NCBI RefSeq assembly: GCF_009914755.1
Contig: NC_060935.1
Reading direction: 5' to 3' (one strand)
DNA: 64,000 bases
Source: the human T2T-CHM13v2.0 reference genome, Homo sapiens
The notes beneath the pieces were generated by a model. The model was not told the origin of the DNA, did not search any database, and worked only from the letters and a program-made list of their open reading frames with translations. Each line of letters starts with the position of its first letter. Position 1 is the stretch's first letter. Shown piece after piece: positions 42,863 through 56,439 of the stretch. The translations under genes and the position numbers were made by a program.

Positions 42863-44649
42863 ATCAGACATGAAAAGCAACTTTTATGTGTCTTTAAGTA
42901 TTTATATGTTTATTCAACTAATATTTAGTGATTATCTTGAATGTACCAGGAGCATAATAAAACATACCATTATTTAATTAATCATTTATTGTTGGACACA
43001 TAAATTATTCCAGTGCTTTGCCATTATCAATGCAGATGTGATGAACATTTCTTTGCACAAAATGTTATGAAAGGCTTAATTTTCACACACTGTATCACTC
43101 TTTGTTTAGATACATACGGTTTTTGAAAAGGGAAAAATAAACCTGAGTGGAATCTTAAGTTACAAAATTTTGCCATCTACCTAAAAAAAATCTGACAATT
43201 ATTTTAGAAAAATTCCATAGGGTCATTTTATATAAAATCCACATTGAAGCACAATCCTCTATGTTTTTTAACTAAGCAGAATAATGACCGATGAAAAAGT
43301 TTCCTTCTAATTAGAACTCCAGGAACATTCTGATATAAATGCAGTCCAGAGCCTGAAGTTTGGAAGTCTGCCACCTGATTTTCCACTGCATAAGGTCTTT
43401 TAAGCATAAGACACTTAAAAAGCTCACATCCCTGCTGCAATTTAGAGGATTGTTCCAATGAAGGGGAGGAGAAGAAACTTTATTAACTAGCTACTATTTG
43501 GCAGGCACAGTGGCTGATACCTACCAGGTATTCAATAAATATTTTCTAAAGAACTGTTGTTTTACAAGCTCTCTAATCTTGGAAGACTAATTAATCTCTT
43601 GTTATCTCAGTTTCCTTGTGTTTAATAATTACTACCTGTAAATTCCTATAAAAGCCCTGTGGAGTTTTGACATATCTTACATTACATATGAGAAAACGGA
43701 ATCTGATATTTGCTAAAGATCTTCTCAGTCTCACCCACTAAACACTGTAGTGGCTGAACTTGCACTTGGATCACATAATCAAGTCTAAAAATAGCTCCCA
43801 TCTCTTAACATTGCCTGATGGATCCAGTTCATTCTTGTGCTAGTGGAGCTGTCCAACATTCAGCAAGACAAGAGGACACAGAATACTGCACAATTTGCAT
43901 CAAATGTCACTAATGGCTGAGGATGCCGGTGGACGTTGGGCCAGTTAGAGTAATCACTAATTTACTGATACCTTCAGAGTCTCTAGTCCAAATCCACCCT
44001 CACCTAATGCTTGAATTCACCAAAAATAGCTCATCGTGTAGCTGTACAATCTGTGCTTCAAAACATGTTAGAGCAGATCCCAAGGTAGCCCCTTCTATCT
44101 TTTGCCTTTTCTAATCTCAGAATTGCCTGTTGGAATTAATTAAATCAAGATCATGTCACATAAAGGTAAAAAAGAATATAAAATCCACTCCCATTTTAAA
44201 GAATTAATATAGCTGAGGTTTTCTACTAGATTTTTAAACTGCATTATTTTATTTAATTATCTTAAACCTATGGGATAAATTCTCATAAAAATGTGACTTA
44301 ACAATGAATGTCTTAAGGTCATAGAAATATGACATAGTTAAATTGGTAGTGTACATGAGATCTGTATTATTCTGAAGCTGAACTTTTGAAATATAAAGCA
44401 AGAATTGTATAAACTTCAAGTGTCCACTCATTTGTGCCAGGGTCACTGCAGTGCACTGCACAATTCCAGAGAGCACTATTCATTTGCATGCATTGTACAG
44501 GGAACCTGATTGGTTATGAAATTAATTCAGTGCATTTCAACTTGCATTAAAAAATTCTAGGTAGAAAATATCAAATATCAAATGCATTACACGTAGTAGT
44601 ATAAGTTGTTTTCTATAAAATTTGGTGTATGTAGAGAGGGTATGGTTGG

Positions 44650-44900
44650 AAACAACATCACATAAATGCTGAGAACACAAACTTTGGAGCCAGATTAAAT
44701 GGCTTCTAATGCTGCATCTGCCATTAGCCATCTGCTTGTGCTTTTGTAACTTACTTTACTTCTCCGTGGCTCAAACCTGTTCATTATCTGTAAATTAGAG
44801 TTAATAATAGTGACAAACCACATGAAGTTATCGAGAAAATTTAAGGAGTTAATGTATACAAAGCACTTAGTATGGTGCCTGACACATAAATACTCATACG
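44650..44900 (+). mobile_element. MIR
   Basis: ACTTTGGAGCCAGA...TCTGTAAATTAGAGTTAATAATAG...AAAGCACTTAG...GTGCCTGACACATA. Confidence 0.8.
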
Positions 44901-47028
44901 TTTTTCTACATATAAGTTACCGTTATCATTGCTATTTTTCATTTTTTCTGCTACTACTACTACTAGCATTATAATTATGTGTGCCTATTGGATTTAAGAT
45001 AACTTTCTTACTATAAGTCATAGACAAAAATTTGAAGGCCACTGCCCTTGACTGTTCTGCCTGCCTTCTAAGTAGGTCTTACTGAATTTGCAAATAGCTG
45101 ATGACTTTTTGATAACACATTATTAATTTTAACTCTATTCTTGTAGACCCAGAGAGATTAAGTAATCACACTCTAGTAGCCCAGCTATTGGGGAAGAGGA
45201 GGTGTAAGCAGTACTCGGGTAATCAAGTCTATTCCTAATAGTCCAATGGGAACTCCTGAGATTTTGCAAAAATGTAGAGAATGTAACCAACTGTGGCACT
45301 GGACATGAGATGGGATGATTGAGACTTTGAGTATGTCTTATCTACCCTCATCAGAAGATAATCCACAGTTTTCATAATAGTGTTATGTGTTTCCTTTGGA
45401 ATTAGTGACATTAAATGAATCTGGCAAAATTGTCCTTTTCTCTCAGAAATCAGAGGATCTCCCCAGGCTAGTATCAGACTTTGGGAACTCAACCTAATGT
45501 AAATCAGTTGATAAAAACTAGCTTTGAAATATGGAGTTTTGAGCTGGATTCCCAGCTCAAATATTTACAAGTTGTGTGACTGTGGGTAGGGCATGTGGGT
45601 CACGCATTTTGTTGGATTCCTAATTTTTTGTCTCTGTAAGAATGTGTCACACAATTTCCTATATTATCATTCTTTAAAAGAAGTTGTGAGGCTCAAATAA
45701 GATAACATATTCTAAAATATTTAGTGTCTTTGATTCTGTGGCTTTGTGACAGTATGGATTGAAATATCACACTAAAATCTTGAATTCCGTTTAATGTTTC
45801 CTCATATAGACCCTATCTGTTCATATTCAGTTCTTTTAGCTTTCATTGATTTCTTTCTTGTATTTTATGTTCCAGCTATACACATCAAGATAAAAGGATA
45901 TTTTATAATAAATAAAATCAACAAAGGTACAAAACACATATTTTAGTTCTATAAAATGTCATGTTTTCGTGTTGCACTTTACACACCCACTTTTCTCCCT
46001 GCCCAGAAAACTAACCATCTTCTCACTATGCCACCCTACCTCCCTCTTCTCTCAGCTTTAAGCAGATATTACTTTATCCTGGAGGCATTTTTATCCCCCA
46101 AGTCCATTTTGTATCCCACTGCAGAGTCCCTATTTTTCCTTGCCAGATGGCTTATTTGCTTTGGTTATAATTGACTCTTTCCTCGTCTTGTATCACTCTG
46201 GTAATGTCTAATTTGTCACTGATAAATTCACAGTATTTTTCAGTGTCTGGACAATTATAGTTACTCGATAAATTTATGTTTATTTAAAAAAATTTGTTTA
46301 CATTTATCCCTTCAAATAAAATACTTTCTCATCTTGACTAGTAGGGGCTGTAAACCAGGAACAAATTGTTGTGCAATCAGGTGTATTGTGGTGGTAAATT
46401 AGAACAAGGCAAACTGAGAGTAACAATCATGCCTTTACTCACATCTACAGCATAGGCAAGAGGCAAAAGAAAAAGAACACTTGCTCCTCAAAACACTTTT
46501 TCCCTACAGAACAACACTGAGAGGGGGTCAGATGACATGGAGCACAGACTGGTGTGGGACGCGGATGGTCTCACTGTTGAGGAGCACCAAAAAAGCTCTT
46601 GTCTTTTCACGAACCTAGAATCGCGGTAGAGGGAAGATGGGGAAGGGGTAGGAGTGAAAAAGTACTGAGTCGGAGTGAGAAAAGTGTCTCAGAAAGGGCC
46701 TCTGATGAGGAGCGCTGCAAAAGGAAGGGCCCAGGCTAGAGTGTGAATGTGCAAATGAACACAGCTGGCTTGGAGAGATGAGTCCTTAACCACAACTTCC
46801 TCCAGAAAGCTGCAATCATTGGCTGTGTACCAACTCTAGGGTGAGGAGGCAGCTTCCTCCCATGAGGCCTGCCAAGGCAAAGCTTTGTATTGTTTATGGT
46901 GAGGACTGAAGGACCTTCATCTCTATACTGTGATACTTTAGAGATGGTCCAAGTGAGATGCATGGGCTACCCCTTTATAGACTCACATGAGCTGAACATT
47001 AGGGTATTGACCCGTTGGCTCAAGGGAT

Positions 47029-47810
47029 CTATCCATGGGCAGTATTTTTCACCTCGGCCAGGGTCTGGCAAATAGGATAGCTTTCCCATGCTGTTTTGAC
47101 ATTTTCTGATGACAATGACAGTCTATGGATGTAGGTCCAGTCTAGGACAGTGTCTATATTTCCATGTCCCATCCTCTTGTGTATCCAGGAGGCAACTGTT
47201 TTCAAATCTACTTGCTCAACCATGGAAAACAATTCAGTCTCTAAGCTTTACTGACACACACAATCTCCTCAGTGGTTATATTCCCGTTAGCATAGGAACC
47301 TTCATATTGAGCATCCACATATGTAACAATAAGCCTATTAGGAGTAGAGCCCATTTTCATCCAAATGTCTTATCCCCACAGAGAGGTTTATTATTTTTTT
47401 TTCCAATCCATTAGCCACAGACTATGAGTCAGGTAGGTTCATGGTTTTCCACATGCCCCAGCAAAATGGCCCTAATGACAGCTATTTCTATCAGGGCTTA
47501 GAGGTGAAGGTAAACAAGAATGCACATAGATAATACATCTGAACCAATAAACCATTCAGCAAAGGGGACCACAATGGAGGTTTACAGGGGCCCAAAGAAA
47601 CTCATGAATAGCTGAGCCTGGGCAAGGGTCCTGGTGGTGGTGATCTCAGATCCAACACCCAAGAACACTTTTCTTCTCATCCTAGTGCCAGGGGATGTGG
47701 CAATTACAGTAAACTTGAGCACCAGCATCCCAAAAACTAAAGAAGTGCATTCTCCTCCACCTCCCCATTGAACTCTGACCCTGGCACAGGGCATGTGGTT
47801 TCCCATCTGG
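47029..47810 (-). pseudogene. ERVL pro/pol remnants: protease, RNase H, integrase zinc finger
   Basis: ARVRVQWG...DAGAQV (47729-47712, degenerate DTGA), FIGSDVL, IRAILLGH, DS*SVANGL (RNase H), WIHKRMGHG...YPICQ (HHCC-like). Confidence 0.8.
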
Positions 47811-49042
47811 GGAAAGAGGGACCTCAGCCTAACCCCTAGTCTTGTTTATTTGTGGAGGCTGAGAGGTCCATTTCAAGGTTGGCAGACTCTCTGACTTATC
47901 TCCAGGCTCATTTGGTGGAACAAAAGGACTAGAACTTGTGTCAATCACAGAGGCCATCACCATGCAGACTCTGACATGGCTGCCCATTGGAACTCCCACA
48001 CCTATGGCCCAGTATCTGAACATTAATTTTCTGGAATGGGGGAATGAAGAACTAGGAGGACCAGCAGGCTTGAGGCAGAGAGCTGTTTGTCACATGAGAC
48101 TCCCAGGGTACTTCAGGGTGGGCTGGTTTGGGTGCAGCCCCAGCTTCCACAAGGGGTGGTGGCACCCAGGAGCCCGTGGCTGGACAGTGGAAATTTCCTG
48201 CCCAAAACTAGCACTGCTGGCACTATGGTGGAACTGGAGTTTGGGTGGGGAGAGCCCAGTTGTCTCTCTTACATTTCTCTCTCTCTCTCTCTCTCCCCTC
48301 TCTCTGCTGGTCAATCTTTGAGGAGAAATGCACTGGGAGCCTCAAGGGGAGCATCCTCTCCATCATACCATGGAGCTTGAGTGAGCACACCAAGGGTCCT
48401 TCCAGTTGCTGGACAACACAGAGATTGTGCTACCCTGGTCACTGCCACTGCTGCTGCTGCTCAAATTCTGCTGTCTTGATAATGGCTGCTATCAAGGCAT
48501 TCTGAGGAGGGGATATGTACAAACATAACACACAAGGTGCCACTTTCTTTCACTAAATTTAATAAAATATCTCCGTAGGTGAACTAACCACATTTCCAAG
48601 GTCTCTGGGGCACTAAGCAAAGCAATTCTAAAGCTCTCTTTTATTTATTTATCTATTTTTCACTGAAGGCATGAGTCTTGACAACCTTCTGAGCTGCAGG
48701 GCATTGTTATCAGCACCAGGCACTGGCTTAGAGTTAACAATAGTTACTGTACACAACTTAGCGTAACAGTTTCTGGTCTCTGTCTGAGAACCATGAGCAG
48801 TGATGATCGATCTGCTTTCCTAGTTTTCTTAGAGCTCTTTTGCTGGATTTCTAATTTGACTCGCTGAAGGACCACTGGTTCCCTCTGAACTGAAAAGTGT
48901 CTGTAAACAATTTGCTAGCACTCCCCAAGACCCACTGGCATGGCTGGCATGGTGGCCATGGAATCCACTAGCACTCCCAAGACCCTTTGGTGAAATGTTT
49001 TGTGGAATACTGTGGCATTTTTCTCTTTCAAAATGACATGAA

Positions 49043-49211
49043 ACTGGGCATAGTAGCACACTCCTGTAGTCCCAGCTACTCAGGAGGCTGAGGTAGGAGG
49101 ATTGCTTGAGCCCAGGAGTTTGAGGCTGCAGTGACCCATGATCACACCTGTGAATAACGACTGCACTCCAGCCTGGGTGACATAGGAAGATCCTGTCTCT
49201 TAAGAAACAAA
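49043..49211 (+). mobile_element. FAM (fossil Alu monomer)-like insertion in the ERVL
   Basis: Monomer retaining 7SL-like CACACCTGTGAATAACGACTGCACTCCAGCC; flanks AAATGACATG / AAAGACATG. Confidence 0.8.
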
Positions 49212-50059
49212 GACATGGCGGTGAATTACCATCTTGCTTACTGTGCTAATTTGTCACGGTGTAAACGTGGTCAATTAGGACAAGAATCCAACAGAATGTA
49301 ACAATTAAGCTTTATTTACTTACTGTGAATAAAGGCAGAAGACAAAGAAAAACTTACTGACTCTTCAGCATTCAATTTTTCCCCATGAAAAGGAACTGAG
49401 TAATGGTCAGAGGACATGAAGTGTGTGGGGGGCTGGAAGGGACTCATCTCACTGCCAAGGGCACCAAACAAAAGGCTTCTGTTTTTCTAGAGACTCAGGA
49501 GGCCCGGGGAAGGACAGGATAAAGGTCTAGGAGCAGGACTGAGTCAGAGTGAAGAAAAATGTCTAGGTCAAGGCCCCTGATATGGTGATCTTGGTGGAGA
49601 TGCCTTAGAAGCACTATAGCCAAGACCCCTAGTGAGGAGACCTCAAAATGAAGGCACCTGGCTTAGAAATGTAGCAATTTATACCAGCAGAACTGGCCTG
49701 GGGGCCTGAGAAACTCCCTTCAGAAAGCTGCAATGCACTGACTGTGTGGTATGGAGTTTGGTGTGGGGAGGGCAGCTTCCCCTCATGAGGCCTGCCAGGC
49801 AAAGTCTTTGTGATCGCCTGTGGTCAGCCCTGAAGGATGGCACATAAGATTCTGGCCTAGAGCTGGGCTCCTCACAGATAATATGAATAGGTCTAGAAGA
49901 ATGCTGAGGCAAGGATGAAGATGCAAGGGAGAATTAATCTTTGCACACAGATCCAAGGCCAAAGAAAAGTGAGGTTTAATCCCTACCTGGTAAGTAATTT
50001 CCTCTGTTCAACATCAACATCAGTGTATAATTACTATGAACCTAATTTTTCTCTTTTAT

Positions 50060-50900
50060 TCCTGTGAAAGGAAAACTTCTATTTTCTCTCTATGACTATT
50101 CTCAATACTTCACTTCTGACACCGGGTTTTTCCCACACTGAGGGATACTCCACTTCTTGAAGACAGAGAGTGTCCCGCAATTTAAATCAATTCTGACTGA
50201 CACTAGCTACCTGACAAGAACATTGGATCACACAGGTGAAGGGCTCAATCCCACAAAGCTGCTTCTACTTCAGATGCCAGTTCCAAGTGCAGGTTGCCAT
50301 CTGTACTTCTGACTGATGGGCTATAAATCAGAGGTTCCCATGACCTTCTTCTCAGGTTTGATCATTGGCTAGAATTGCTCACAGAAATGAAGGAAACACT
50401 TTTCTCATATTTATTTACCTGATTTTTATAAAAGAATATAGCTCAGGAACAGCAAGATGGAACAGGCAAAGTATATGGGACAAGGTGCAGAGTTTCCATG
50501 CCCTCTCCAGGCTCGTCACTCTTCCAGCATCTCCACACGTTTACCATCAACTCAGAAGCTCTCCAAACCCTGCCATTTGGGGTTTCTAAAGAGGCTTTAT
50601 AATGTAGACATGATTGATAAATCAGTACCCAGTAATAACCAAGTCAATGTCCCATCCCTCTTGCTTCCTTGGTAGGAGGAGATTGGGGGATAATAGTTCC
50701 AACTCTCTAATCACATTGTTGGTTTCCCTGGCAACCAGCCCACATTTTACGGTTGTCTAGGGACTTTCCAATAGTCAACACATTAACATTAATTCTAATG
50801 TCATTGGAAATGGCTTGTTATAAATAACAAAAGATGCTCATGCTCCTTTCACTTTTGTTGTGTTATCACATTGGAAATTTCAAGGATTTTAGAAGCTCTG
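50060..50900 (-). mobile_element. MER21-like LTR, truncated
   Basis: TGTACTTCTGAC...GGCTATAAATCAGAGGTTCCCATGACC...GCTAGAATTGCTCACAGAA...GGAAATTTCAAGGATTTTAGAAGCTCTG. Confidence 0.75.
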
Positions 50901-51212
50901 TGGACAAGGAAGTTTGGATAGCCAAGAAGGGCTAATTTCCAAGATGAGGACCAAGGGAGCCCCAAGGAGGCCCTGACCAAACTGAAAGATCCAATGGCAA
51001 GTGAGACATATGTGTACCAGGAAGCCCGGGCAAGGCTATTGCAGTTGTCTTTTACAGCCTCTTGGGCCATTCCCATCACTGGCTCCTGAAGAGTGTGGCT
51101 CCTGACTCCTTACCCACTTCGCTCTTCTATCAGAAACGTGAAATTATGCACTTGTAGGATGTCACGCCAAGTGTCACTGAGAAGCTGACAATCTCCTTTT
51201 TTCTTTTTACAG

Positions 51213-51400
51213 TGATGCCCAGATCCTATACTAGACATCCTAGAAGAAGAACATGTGTCAGTGATTACGAATTCAGCAGAAAAAGGGGGATGGCCAAGAA
51301 GAGAGGAAGAGTAAAAGATGTATTTTACGATTTACTGAGATATGAGATCTGGCATTTTAGTTTTTAATTTTAAAATCTCTGTGTAATGTGTTATATACAA
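51213..51400 (+). other. Candidate spliced exon (lncRNA), 188 nt
   Basis: Branch point-like CTGAC (51185-51189), ~20-nt pyrimidine tract, TACAG| at 51212; donor CAA|GTAAGT at 51400. Confidence 0.4.
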
Positions 51401-53569
51401 GTAAGTTGTTTTTCCTTCCTTAGATTTCTCCTAACTCATTTGTCACTGGTCTCAGCATCCCAGGAGGATAGAAATAACTTTATTTCTGCTGCCTCAGGTT
51501 TTCTTCCTATAAATAGTTGGAGAAAAATGGAGAAAGTAGTGTTTTCTTTTCTTTATGAAGTGATCACAGGATTTGTAGCCTTATAACCAAAGAACTAAGT
51601 GACAAGAAGTTGGGGAATACAAAACATCTGCAACTAAATGAAGGTTCTCAGAGGGGATTTCAAAATGAGTGCAACTGAGAAGATAAGAGTTGACAGAAAA
51701 AATATCAGTTCTTGACTTGGTACTGCTCTGATCATCTTTCTCATCAATTATTTACAGAAGGAAGTTCTACATTAAAATTAATCATGACATTCTGAGTTGC
51801 TCCTTTACATTAATAATGAAACAACTGCACCAAATGCAAACAGATACTGATAATAGAATATGAAATAATGCTTAACACACAAAGAGAAAGGGACTACTTA
51901 AGTGAAACACCAAGAGGCTAATTATTATACCATTGTGAGGGTTATGATCCATGACCCAAACTGGCAGATTTTGCCTGCCGAAAAATGTTGCTGTCTGTTT
52001 CATCTGCAGTTGCCACATTTACAGCCACATACAGAGCTGCCCCAGTTTTTGAGACCAAGAAGTGTGAGGGTGATTTGAACCACAGTGAGTAGTCTAATTA
52101 CAAGATTGGGAGGACACATGGCCAAGATATCATGGTCTGGAATCCCAGCATGGGGAATATAAGCTCTCATATAGAATGTTTCACTCTTCTTCCTTTTTTT
52201 GCCACCCAGGATGAGCATTATACACCATTCTGTGTCTCCCATACAAAGTCATCATTGGTCATCTCTCAGCATGGCCGAGGCCGGCCCATACTTTTCCTGC
52301 CCAGCTGTCTCTTCCTGCAGAGTGGCTGTCAGGCAGCAAGGAACAAGGGGAGTCTAGGACCCAGGAATGTGGTGGAGGCTCCAGACTATTCCTCTCATAT
52401 GGTTAGGCTGTGACTCTCGGGAGTAATTTAATGCAACATTTTCCAAAATGTGTGTTTCAGGGTAATATTAGATGTTGTGTAAATGCTTTTCACAGTCCAG
52501 TAGTCCTATAAGTTTGGAAAATTCTGGGTTATTTAAGATTAAAGAAGTCTTACAATGGTAGAATTCCTCAGAGCCTGTCATGCATTGACATGTATTATAC
52601 TTCAGTACTCTCAGAAAATCAGCTGGTTTCTTGGCCAGTGCCTATATCCAGGTCATTTGGAATGATTTCTGGACTGTTGTGCTGAGAAGCTGCTTCAAAA
52701 CAGGTCATTAGAGGCAGGAAGAAATAGAGAGTGTATCTTTCCGGATTCCTCCCATCTGCTGTCTCCCGTTGATCAAAATACTTATCCCAGCGAGTTGTTT
52801 GTCCTGCATTCCAGCCAGATGGTAAGTGGCAGCCAGATCCTATACCCTGTGGTATAGTATGATGGCTCTACTGGAGTTGCTACTCTGCAGCTGTTGGCTA
52901 AGGATGACTGAAGAGCATGGCCAGTGTGCAGCTTTCACTACTGACGCACAACGGCAGCCACGATGCCCAACCAAGACCTGAGCGAGAGAAACATGAGGAG
53001 AGGCCAGATAATTGCAGAAAGTGGTGTCCTGTTTGACTCCCTTTTCCTCTGTGATATATGCTACATGCCTGGTATAAAACAAAACCATTGACAAGAGGAC
53101 TGCAAGGGGACACCAAAAAGTTGGAAAAGATATGGAATACATGCTCTGGCTCTCAAGAAGCCTTAGGTCGGAGGGTAATATTGGATACAAGAAATTACTA
53201 GTGAAGGCTCTAAGAAAATAAATACTAGCAAAGAAGATTTAAATCAATTTCTGGGTTATGTGTTCTAGGAGTGCAGAGTGAAGGGCAATTGTATAGGAAT
53301 TTAGAAAAAGAGGAGATATAGGATGGCTTTATGCTGAAGACCTTGAATTAAATGTAAGGTCAGATTGGCTGGGAGGTGGGGTTCTAAAAGAAAAAGAATG
53401 TGTTTGATGAAATCTAAAACTAAGAGTGGATTTAATTTAGAATGACTTTCATTAAGAAAACTACTCAATAAAAGTTTGCTTTTTCTGACCCAAAAAGTTT
53501 ACTTTATTTTTTTGCTTGCATCCTTATACATCCTACACATATCACTGTATATATATATATATATATATC

Positions 53570-54500
53570 AATATTTTAACATTAGTTAATAGGTTAAAAA
53601 CTGAACTCATCATAGTTACCCTCTTTTTGTTTTTACCCATTTTCCCTACAGTCTTCCCTATTTCAATCAATGACAATCCAATGCTTAGAAGTTGTTTAGA
53701 CCAAAGCATTTAAATTCTTCCTCAATTCTCTCACTCTCCACATTAATTTCATCTGTAATCTAACCAAACCTTTTAATCTCATGATAGTGATGCTTTTAAG
53801 CCACCACCAGAATTACTGCAACAGCCTCCTAACTGGTCTCTCTGTTTTCATCCTGGTTTATTTATAGTCTGTTTGTCACACAGCAGCCAGAATGAGACTG
53901 TTAAAACATAAGTCAGACATTTTTATCCTGAAAATTCTTCAGTGGGTCACCATTTCACTCAGAGTAGCAGCCAAACCCCCAATAATGGTCTTTAAGGCTG
54001 TAGATATTCTGGACCCCAGTCATGGCTCAGGTGTTTTCTCCTATTATTCCTCCACTCTAAACCCTGTTTATTCTGCTCCAGCCACACTGAACTCCTGCTA
54101 TTCCTAGAATGCTTCAGGCACATTTCTACTCAAGTTCCTTCCATAGATTTATCCCACTGCCTGGAATGCTTCTCCTCAGATCAGCATGACCTGTCTCCTC
54201 ACCTCCTTTAATTCTCCTTAAGTCTCAACACTTCAAGGTGGCCTTCCTTGACTATTTAAAAACTGTGTCTTTATTTCCCTTCCCTGCCTTATCCTTCCTT
54301 CTCCCTAGCATTTGTCACCTTCTGTATATTATTTACTTACGTATTTTATTTTTTGTCTGTCCCCAAGTTAGAATGTAAACTCCATGAAGGCAGGGTCGTT
54401 GGGCTGTTTGCTCACTGCTCAATATTTAATGCTTAGAAAAGTGATGATATATAGCAGCAACTCTATAAATTCTAAATGAATGATGAATTAAATGAAATTT
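53570..54500 (+). mobile_element. L2 (L2a-like) 3' part
   Basis: ACTGCAACAGCCTCCTAACTGGTCTC, GCTCCAGCCACACTG, TAGAATGTAAACTCCATGAAGGCAGGG, terminal ATGAATGATGAAT. Confidence 0.88.
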
Positions 54501-56439
54501 GGTTGCCAGCATATCTGTCTACAATTACATGTGCTTCCAACACAGATATATTTTATTTTATTCTTTTAAACAGCACTGAGCACAGGGCCTCACTCTCAGT
54601 GGGACCTTTATAATATTTTGGGCATAAATGAAGGAGAGAATGCTGTGTTGACCTGAAGAAGTTGCTGTATTTTCTTTGGAGAAGATTGGTCTCGAAGGAG
54701 GTTAATGAGATAAGATGGAAGAAGCAAACATTTGTTGAAGACTTGCTGTCTTAATTGTGCAGGTCTCAAAAATAATCACTTGAGCTAGGAATTATTTGTG
54801 TCCAGGTAAAACATGAGACAGCTCAGTCTCAGAGGGTTCAGGGAATTGTCTGCAGTCACACAGCCAGAGCTGTGACAGTGGCAAAGCCCTTACCCTTTCT
54901 CCTAGGTCGCAGATGCGGCTGTGAACTGATGCTTATTCTAAGTCAGCTATCGCTTTGAACAAAATATTCCCAAAGATAAAATATCTTTGCATTTGCTTTT
55001 GAACCTTTCTTTGTGGATTTTCTTGCCCTTTCTTTGTGGATTTTATCTCTCCAGTGAAGGAAGTCAATTGTGTATTCAGCCAAATTTTAAATTTCGCTAG
55101 ATAAAGGTTTAATTCTCTTAAAACTCTCAGTTATTACTAAGTCTTTTCTGCTTCTCTGGTGATTTTACCTCCATTACCATCAAGAATCCTTCCACAATTA
55201 TTTACATATTTAGCTATTTATGATTAAAGTAAATCATCATCTTTATTTAATTTGGAAAGGCTTGTGGGATCCGGTAGCAAACCAGATGTGTGCAATTAAG
55301 TTGATACTGCATGAGATCCCAATCAGCAGCATGTGGGCTTCAGGCCTGCTCATTAATGTTTCTCTTTGCTTTCTACAACTTGATGTCTGGAAGTCACTTT
55401 CTGGGAAACCTGACCCGGCAAAATGAAGTTTTTTTTTTTTTCTTTTTTCAACTTCGACTGATCTTTGAAGTTTTATCAGTTCACCTAGTCAGGAATGGAA
55501 CAGTTCTGAATTAGAGATCACGTTACTTGAGTTTTATTTTAAAATTTTACATATATATAGATGTATATATAATTTGAACATAAATTTTAATACATAATTT
55601 AAAAATAAATTTTAGTATATATGTGTGTGTGTGTCTATATATATATATATCCATCTCCAGCATACCCCAACTTCAATAACCACAGCCAAAAAAGGAAGCC
55701 CTGAGCAAGCAAGTCTATAAGCCTGAGAATTACATCACCCCTCAATGCAATGCAGGTGAAGTGTTAGACAGAATGACCCTTGATCATGCTCAAGGCAGTT
55801 ATGCAAAAGAGAGGCATGAAAAAGGTAGAGGTTCTTTTAATGACACAGGAAACAGCTGAGATCTAACTGGATCATCTCCCTGGAAAAAAAAATAATTGGA
55901 ATTAAATAACCATCTGTACCGTAGCTGATTGAAGAAAAGGAGTAAAATTCAATTTATTTTTACAAGATTACCATGGAAGCAAAAGCATTGTGAAGAACCA
56001 CCTTTATTAATAAATTGAATAGAGACCACCCAATGATATAATTATCTCTCCTTTCATAGACTTAGCTGAGGTAAAACAAAGGTGCTTAATTTTATGACTG
56101 GTGTCTTACTTTCTCCATGACATTGACATTTTACTATAAAATGCTGAAAGTGCTTAGTCAAAGCACTAGTCAGTTGGTCATCTCACAGTATGAATCATCT
56201 TAGGGAGGCTGGAAGATTAACCAGAGTGAAGACAGTAGAAAAAGTGAAGCTTCCCCAAAATTTTGAAGGAAAATTGAGAAATTGAGAGGGGAGATTAATA
56301 GCAAGCACTGTGTCTAAAAGGCAGATTGGGATTGTAAAAAAAAAGGACTATGAAACAAAACAACAACAAAAAAAGAGATAGATTAAAAATAGCAAATGTA
56401 GGAATAGATTAAAAAATAGCAAAAGTAACAAAACAAAAA

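Larger units (their letters stand above)
46370..49844 (-). mobile_element. Internally deleted two-LTR ERVL provirus (MER54/MER73/MER74-group LTRs): LTRs 49242-49844 (5') and 46370-46920 (3')
   Basis: Two diverged direct repeats sharing CAGAAAGCTGCAAT and GGCAGCTTCC..CATGAGGCCTGCCA..GCAAAG; protease, RNase H and integrase remnants between them on the - strand. Confidence 0.8.

Noticed and set aside
47938-48505. Several overlapping 74-127 aa ORFs
   Set aside because: GC-richer ERVL internal sequence plus a (CT)n tract; mostly antisense to the provirus.
50905-51170. GC-richer segment resembling a processed pseudogene fragment
   Set aside because: No parent recognisable in any frame, no poly(A) or TSD; needs BLAST.
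51934-53040. TG...CA-bounded LTR-like stretch (51934-52397) and further old repeat-like pieces
   Set aside because: Probably ancient LTR or hAT remnants, but no TSD and family not assignable by eye.
56378-56430. ~27-bp A-rich tandem duplication (similar ones near 39220 and 59606)
   Set aside because: Low-complexity slippage products with no sign of function.
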